Of a DNA stretch of 64,000 bases, positions 57,291 through 64,000 are shown one piece after another. The stretch covers positions 342,798,001 to 342,862,000 of the forward strand of contig OZ024743.1 of assembly GCA_964016885.1 (NCBI GenBank), given 5' to 3'. The notes beneath the pieces were generated by a model. The model did not search any database. It saw only the letters and a program-made list of their open reading frames with translations, and was not told where the DNA came from. This DNA is from Eledone cirrhosa. Its lineage: Eukaryota. Numbering within the stretch: position 1 is the first letter of the stretch; every line of letters begins with the position of its first letter. The translations under genes and the position numbers were made by a program.

Positions 57291-58434
57291 TGTTTCTATG
57301 TCGATGAATGTGTATGTGTATAAATTCATACAAACGCATTATGTGTTTGCATGCATTTACATTTTATTGTGTATAGTTGCAAACCTGTCTCTTTTGAGCT
57401 CGGTACATGTGTATAAATTCAAGGGAAAGTGTATAGATATTTCCATTTAGAAGGCAATGGATTCGTATATACACATCCAAGTCTTCCTTTGTGAATATGT
57501 GATTCAATGTATGTGCCCGATTGTTTATCAGTAATTAAGAGCTAATGTCTGTGTATATATATACAATATATATGTGGCGGGGGGGGGGGTCAGTGTGTGT
57601 GTGTGTGTGTGTGAACGAGATTGCAAACGTATATGTGTTAACTATTTTGTATATAAAGAACTACATAATATTTCGCTATAAGTTAAGATATTTAAGTGTA
57701 TCAACAAAAGTAAACATCTTTTAATACATATTCAGCGCCCAGGCAACACCGAGTACCACTGCTATTATAATACTAGATCATAGATAATGTCAGTACTTAA
57801 TGAAAGTTAAATATTTGGTTAAATGGTTATGTGGTTACAGAAATTTTATTTAAAAAGAACGGCGTGATAGAATTTATTTTTATTTAATATTTATACATTT
57901 TATTTCAATTAAAAATATTTGCAAAGTTTATTTGGCATGTTCTTCGTTGATAATTTCGCAATATGAAAAATTTCAACAATAAAATGGCAACTCTGGCAGG
58001 CTGCCACATGTTTCGTCGGGTTGGAATGATCGTTTTAATTCGACTTCAGCACTTTACTGGTACTTATTTATATGTGTATATTTATACGTTTCTCAACGAT
58101 TAATTATTTCTAGTTGGCATTTCAATGCTCCCTTATTAAATATCCTAACACAATTTTACCTGTCTAGCTATCTCTCTCTTTCAACACATTTATTTCTGTT
58201 AACATTTTAAGCTGCCTACTTAAGGTAGTTAACACTTACTTTCCTATATCTATCTATTTCTTTCTCTCATGTTTCTTCCTCTCATAATATATATGTGTAT
58301 GTATATATATATGTGTGTATGTGTGTGTATGTGTGTGTATGTGTGTGTGTGTATGTGTGTGTGTGTGTGTGTATGAAGTATTTCCGTCGGAAAGGTACAG
58401 TATATATATATATATATACATACATGTATATATA

Positions 58435-59205
<771 letters not shown>

Positions 59206-59510
59206 TATATTTCCGTGGGTACTTAGTACCTACTGGAATATCTATATCATTTATATATATATATATATTATAAATAGAAGCTTTCGCCGTATTTTTTACT
59301 AAATAAATTTTAACCTGATAGTGGGTTTTAGAATCCTCTAAGAAATGGAAAAAGATGAGTATATATACATATATATGTGTGTGTGTGTGAGTACAAACGA
59401 GTGGAAAAAGCAATCAACATATAATGTGGAAGTTATATATATGCATTAACATTCGTTTTATTAGACGTAAACACGTGACTCTTCCGATGCCGTATTTATA
59501 TATATATATA

Positions 59511-59938
59511 CTAGCTAAGGTTTAAAGTATGAGGTGAGACCGTAATGTGTGTGTGTGTGCGTGGGGAGGGGGGGACAAAAAACAATCATAAAACTTCCTT
59601 ATTAGGCTGGGGGAGTAAACTGCCGATTAAATTATAGCATTGGCTTTGAATTTTAAATGTTGTGAAATAACTATAATTAGTATGATCCTTTTCAGCTCCA
59701 AAGGGTGTCATCTGAAACACAGCAATATACCGCATAACATTGCTTCTGAAGTATTTAGCTTCGTTAGTACGGTCTGTAAGTATTATATGGATAAAAGCTG
59801 GAGGGTAGATTAATTTCAAATAGTATCAATTTTTTCTTTATTCTGTAAAATCAAAGACTGTAACGCAATATTGTTAAACTTTCGTATAGATCAAAGGATC
59901 TATAGTTTAAGCCGTTTCTAGACTTTCGTGGGACGTCA

Positions 59939-59972
<34 letters not shown>

Positions 59973-60103
59973 CGCTCTCTCTCTCTCTCTGAATATCTAA
60001 CACTTTAATTGTATCTCTTTCTGTATAACGGCCTATCTCTCTCTTTCTGCCTCTCCCTCTGTGTTTCTCTCTCTCTCTCTCGCTTTAGATGTGTGTGCAT
60101 GTA

Positions 60104-60143
<40 letters not shown>

Positions 60144-60218
60144 ATAATGTCGTAATGCAGACAGCCAGACATACAGACAGATATTATAAGGGCGCAACGT
60201 TATATCTATGTATTTATC

Positions 60219-60273
<55 letters not shown>

Positions 60274-60439
60274 GCTAAATCGCCTAATGCGGTCCCTAGG
60301 TCATTGAAAATTTGAAATATATTTGCTCAAAACACTCACAGGACCATAAGTATTACATGTGTAAAGTTTGAAAACAATCGGTTGGGTGGTTCTCGAGTTT
60401 TAGTGAGCGGACAGACATTCTCTGTTTTAGATATATAGA
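59511..60439 (-). mobile_element. Helitron remnant
   Basis: 5' end a|TCTATATATCTAAAA at 60439. RepHel N-terminal motif AKYFRSNVMRYIAVFQMTPFGA...FTTFKIQSQCYNLIGSLLP at 59586-59819. Possible CTAG|t end at 59511, with no clear hairpin. Confidence 0.75.
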
Positions 60440-61479
60440 TAAACTATTAAGTGATCAGAAAAATATATAAACTGATATTTAATAAGTATGAATAGTTAAT
60501 ATTCGTATATTTCATTTCAATATACATTATATGCAAAGAATTTAGTAGATATTATATGCAAAACTTTATTGTCACGTTTATTGTTCATATTTTTACAATA
60601 AAAAATCATCAGCTGCCAAACTTCAACAGTATGAGCGTAAACTTGGCTGAGTGCTTCAGAAGTTCACTTCACAATTATATGATTCAATGTTCAAACCTTC
60701 ACTTTTGAGGGAATGGAGAATTATCTGACTGTGAAAATCAGAATGTGGTGGGGGATATATACTTATAATCAATTGACAATGTGTTTGAAGTGCGGTAGTA
60801 TTGAAAAAAGAGATGAAAAATTCTTTATTTGTGGGAAAAGTATTATGGTTGAATAAGAGAGGTTAATGAGATAGCACATTGGCAATCACTAGAACGTGGA
60901 ATAAAATTCATTGCAACACTCATTCTGGCTCTCTGCGCTCTGAGTTCAAATTCCGCCGTCACCTTTGCCGTTCATCGTTTTGAGGTCGATAAAGTACCAT
61001 TCCAGTACTTAAGTCTATTTTTCTTCTATATACCTTCCACACTGCCATTCTACTACTCTTTCTTTTTTTCCTTCTCTGGAAGAAACCGGCTGACATGGAG
61101 AGAGGATGGGTACCGCTAGACTTAAAATACCCGGAACATGTCATGTCAGTACGACTCCATCAAGAGTTAGGGGTCCATATATACATACAAGAGAGGTTAG
61201 CAGGGGTTTTTGTTGTTGTTAATCGGTTATTTTAAACAGAATACAGATACTGACATATACATACACAATATCTGATAGGAGAATAGAAACAATTAGATAT
61301 GAATAAACAAATGAAAAGAGAAATAAAGATAATAATAGAAATAAATGAGTTTAAATTGCCTGTGATGTAGTATGTTTAATTAAAGTTGTATTTGTGTGTT
61401 ATTGTTGCGAATTCAAAGTAAATATTAAGTATATAGCAACGAATAATAACTACGCAGCAAAATAAATACCAGAAAGGTT

Positions 61480-62200
61480 ACATAGTACACCCCACCACAC
61501 TTCCATTCAACCTTGATGTCACCCCACCAATTGTCAAATTCTTTTGTAAATTAGTTAGAAAACAATTCATTGTGTCTCTTATAAATATCACATCAACTTC
61601 AATATAAACCCGCTCAGTCTGCTATTCGACATTACTGATTTCACACAAATGCTACCAAACATCAAAAGCAAACACACAATCGACTCAACTCACAAACCCA
61701 AACAATAAATCCTGCAACTGTTGTATCCTATTAAACTACCCCCTCAAAATCAATGCCTCCTTAAAAACATATTATCCTCAGTAAATTATACCGCAAACTC
61801 AGCAGGCATTACATTGGGCGTACCTGAAACAAATATAAATCTGCTTTGCCCAACACCTCCATTTTTTTCTAGAATAGTGTTCCAGTTGTTCGATCAACGG
61901 AACAACGTGCTAATGAAATTAACGTGCAAGTGGATGAACATTCCACAGATACGTACACCCTTAACATAGTTCTCATATATACTCAGCATGACACTACAGT
62001 GTGACACCTTTGCATTAGAAATACAGCTCATCCATCGGGCTTACAAACCACATATAAAACGTCAAGGAGTCTAATAATTCTATTCCATAACCTGTAACAT
62101 AATCAGCAAAGCGAAATCCTATAGCCTAAAATTTTACTCACTTTGCAACTCAGAAAAAGAAACAGCTATTCTCTTCGACACTCATATGATACCGAATTCT
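61480..62200 (+). mobile_element. Highly degenerate PLE fragment interrupted by a SINE piece
   Basis: PFNLDV...FCKLVRKQF...KSCNC...QNQCLLKNI. Confidence 0.55.
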
Positions 62201-62685
62201 AAAACCAAACTTTTCTTTTGGCAGACAGAGAAAATACTCACTTGGCAGAAACTATAATTAACCACACTGTTAACCCAAAATGTACATCCGATTACACATT
62301 TATATATATATATAAACACATACGTTTGCGTTCTTTGACTATGTTTGTATTATTACGGCTCTTTAATTAATTTTATGTATATACATAACTTCCACTCTTT
62401 ATATATACATATGTGTGTAGAGGGTGTAGTGTTTATATTTAGAGTTTGACTTACCAGCGATTTCAAAATGTAACCACATCTATCTCATCAGATGCATTGA
62501 ATAATAAGCAAAACAACAACAGAGTAGAGGTTGGAGTTCAGAGACATCATCTTAAGGGTCTCCATTGGTTGGTTCAGGTCACCTGGGGGTGTTAATAAGT
62601 GAGATACAGCAGTTTAATGAAGGAGTGCAGGAAAGTTTGCATATCGGGGGTGCCATTAAATTTGATATAATTATCCGACATGATA

Positions 62686-62805
62686 GGTACCCTGCGTATC
62701 AAGGGTGCCCTGCTTATCAGGGGTACCCTGCTTATCAGGGGTGCCTTGTTCATCAGGGTGCCCTGCTTATCAGGGGTACGCTGCTAATCATGGGTGCCCT
62801 GCTTC
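62686..62805. repeat. ~18-bp self-complementary minisatellite, about 6.5 units
   Basis: Unit g(t)a/gccctgcttatcagggg. Confidence 0.85.
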
Positions 62806-62879
62806 CGTCATTGTGTCAGTCAGCTCTCCGCTCTGTCTACGTAGTGTTGCTGGCGAGATGAAATGTTCAGTTGATGTAT

Positions 62880-63298
62880 GTGATGACTTTTAGTAGGTCT
62901 AATGTTGGTGTTTTCATAGTGTCTATGCTGGTTTGAGGCTTGGGGCTCTCTGCTCCACATATGCACGTGAACCGGATGGAACTGAGCTGGTCTTTGTGGG
63001 ATATTCGGGGCCAATGGTTTGAAATTGGCTAAAAAAGCGTTTCGCCGGTAGCAGCAAAATGTTAGATCAATTTACCTGTTGATGTGGGCGTTGTGCCCTT
63101 GGTCATGGAACCTCCATATGAGGTAGAGTTCTCCATCTTCCTGTGTCTAAAGGAGTGTGCCTGAAGGATAAATCTATCCTTGAATTCATTGGCTGTTCAG
63201 TTCATATAGTTCCTATGGGAACCGACAGGTGTTGTGAAGATGGCTCTACCGGCCATGACGTTTGAGATGTGGAGTGAGGCCTTGACAATTGCAGGTTG
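62880..63298 (-). mobile_element. Degenerate PLE GIY-YIG fragment
   Basis: RNYMN*TANEFKDRF...HSFRHRKMENSTS. Confidence 0.7.
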
Positions 63299-63324
63299 AT
63301 GTGTGTGTGTGAATGTGTGTGTGT

Positions 63325-63404
<80 letters not shown>

Positions 63405-63518
63405 ATTTTTTTCTGTTATAACGGGCCGTATTTGAAGTAATACAATTTAAACAAGAGTAGATAACTTTAATGCTGTGTAAGCGGAAAATGTTGTTCATAT
63501 ATGTAAGGGTGCACACAT

Positions 63519-63555
<37 letters not shown>

Positions 63556-63677
63556 CGCATACACGCACATATATATACATATACATATGTACGTATGGGT
63601 TATATCGAATATTTGTTTACCAATGTTCGGTATAACTTATACGTACATATGTATGTGTATATATATGTGTGTGTATG

Positions 63678-63713
<36 letters not shown>

Positions 63714-63726
63714 CGTGTGTGTATCT

Positions 63727-63842
63727 CCCGAATGAAACAGTTCTAGTCCTGTAGAAACCTTTTCTATATAAAATATTTATACTCTGCTTCTTTGTATTGA
63801 GTACCTTACTTACTGTGGTTACCTCCGATTGAACCCGGGATA
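63727..63842 (+). mobile_element. pLTR 3' half and tail (13645 family), truncated in HHR stem II
   Basis: 'cgaatgaaacagttctagtcctgtagaa...attgagtaccttacttactgtggttacc...aacccggga'. Confidence 0.75.
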
Positions 63843-63864
63843 AACTTATATATATACACACAAC

Positions 63865-63927
<63 letters not shown>

Positions 63928-64000
63928 TATGTACGCGTACATACATATATGCATACAGACGTACAATAGTATGTATATATATATATATACATCATGCACA

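Noticed and set aside
57735-57776. Helitron 3' hairpin-CTAG-like end
   Set aside because: Too degenerate, and no matching 5' end was identified with confidence.

Overview
AT-rich, microsatellite-dense eukaryotic DNA, most likely from an octopus or other coleoid cephalopod (inferred from the tRNA-derived SINE families and repeat landscape). Almost all ORFs in the supplied track are microsatellite artefacts. The window is dominated by transposable elements. These include one long Penelope-like element (PLE; RT + GIY-YIG, frameshifted, 28.45-32.31 kb), many PLE fragments, two R4/Dong-like RLE retrotransposon 3' ends in (ATAC)n, and RTE and Ingi/Vingi-like LINE fragments. There are also RTE-derived non-autonomous elements, a Helitron remnant, a mariner-like derivative, a MITE with a 6-bp TSD and more than 12 SINE copies. 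The most striking structure is about 11 sequence-distinct type I hammerhead ribozyme (HHR) families that can be folded by eye. Many sit in short non-coding fold-back elements ([inverted arm]-[sense arm + tail]-(TA)n) whose breakpoints often fall in HHR stem II. One candidate host gene, apparently disrupted, lies on the minus strand at about 16.2-17.5 kb: signal peptide plus a divergent C-type-lectin-like domain. All calls were made by eye, so coordinates are approximate to a few bp.
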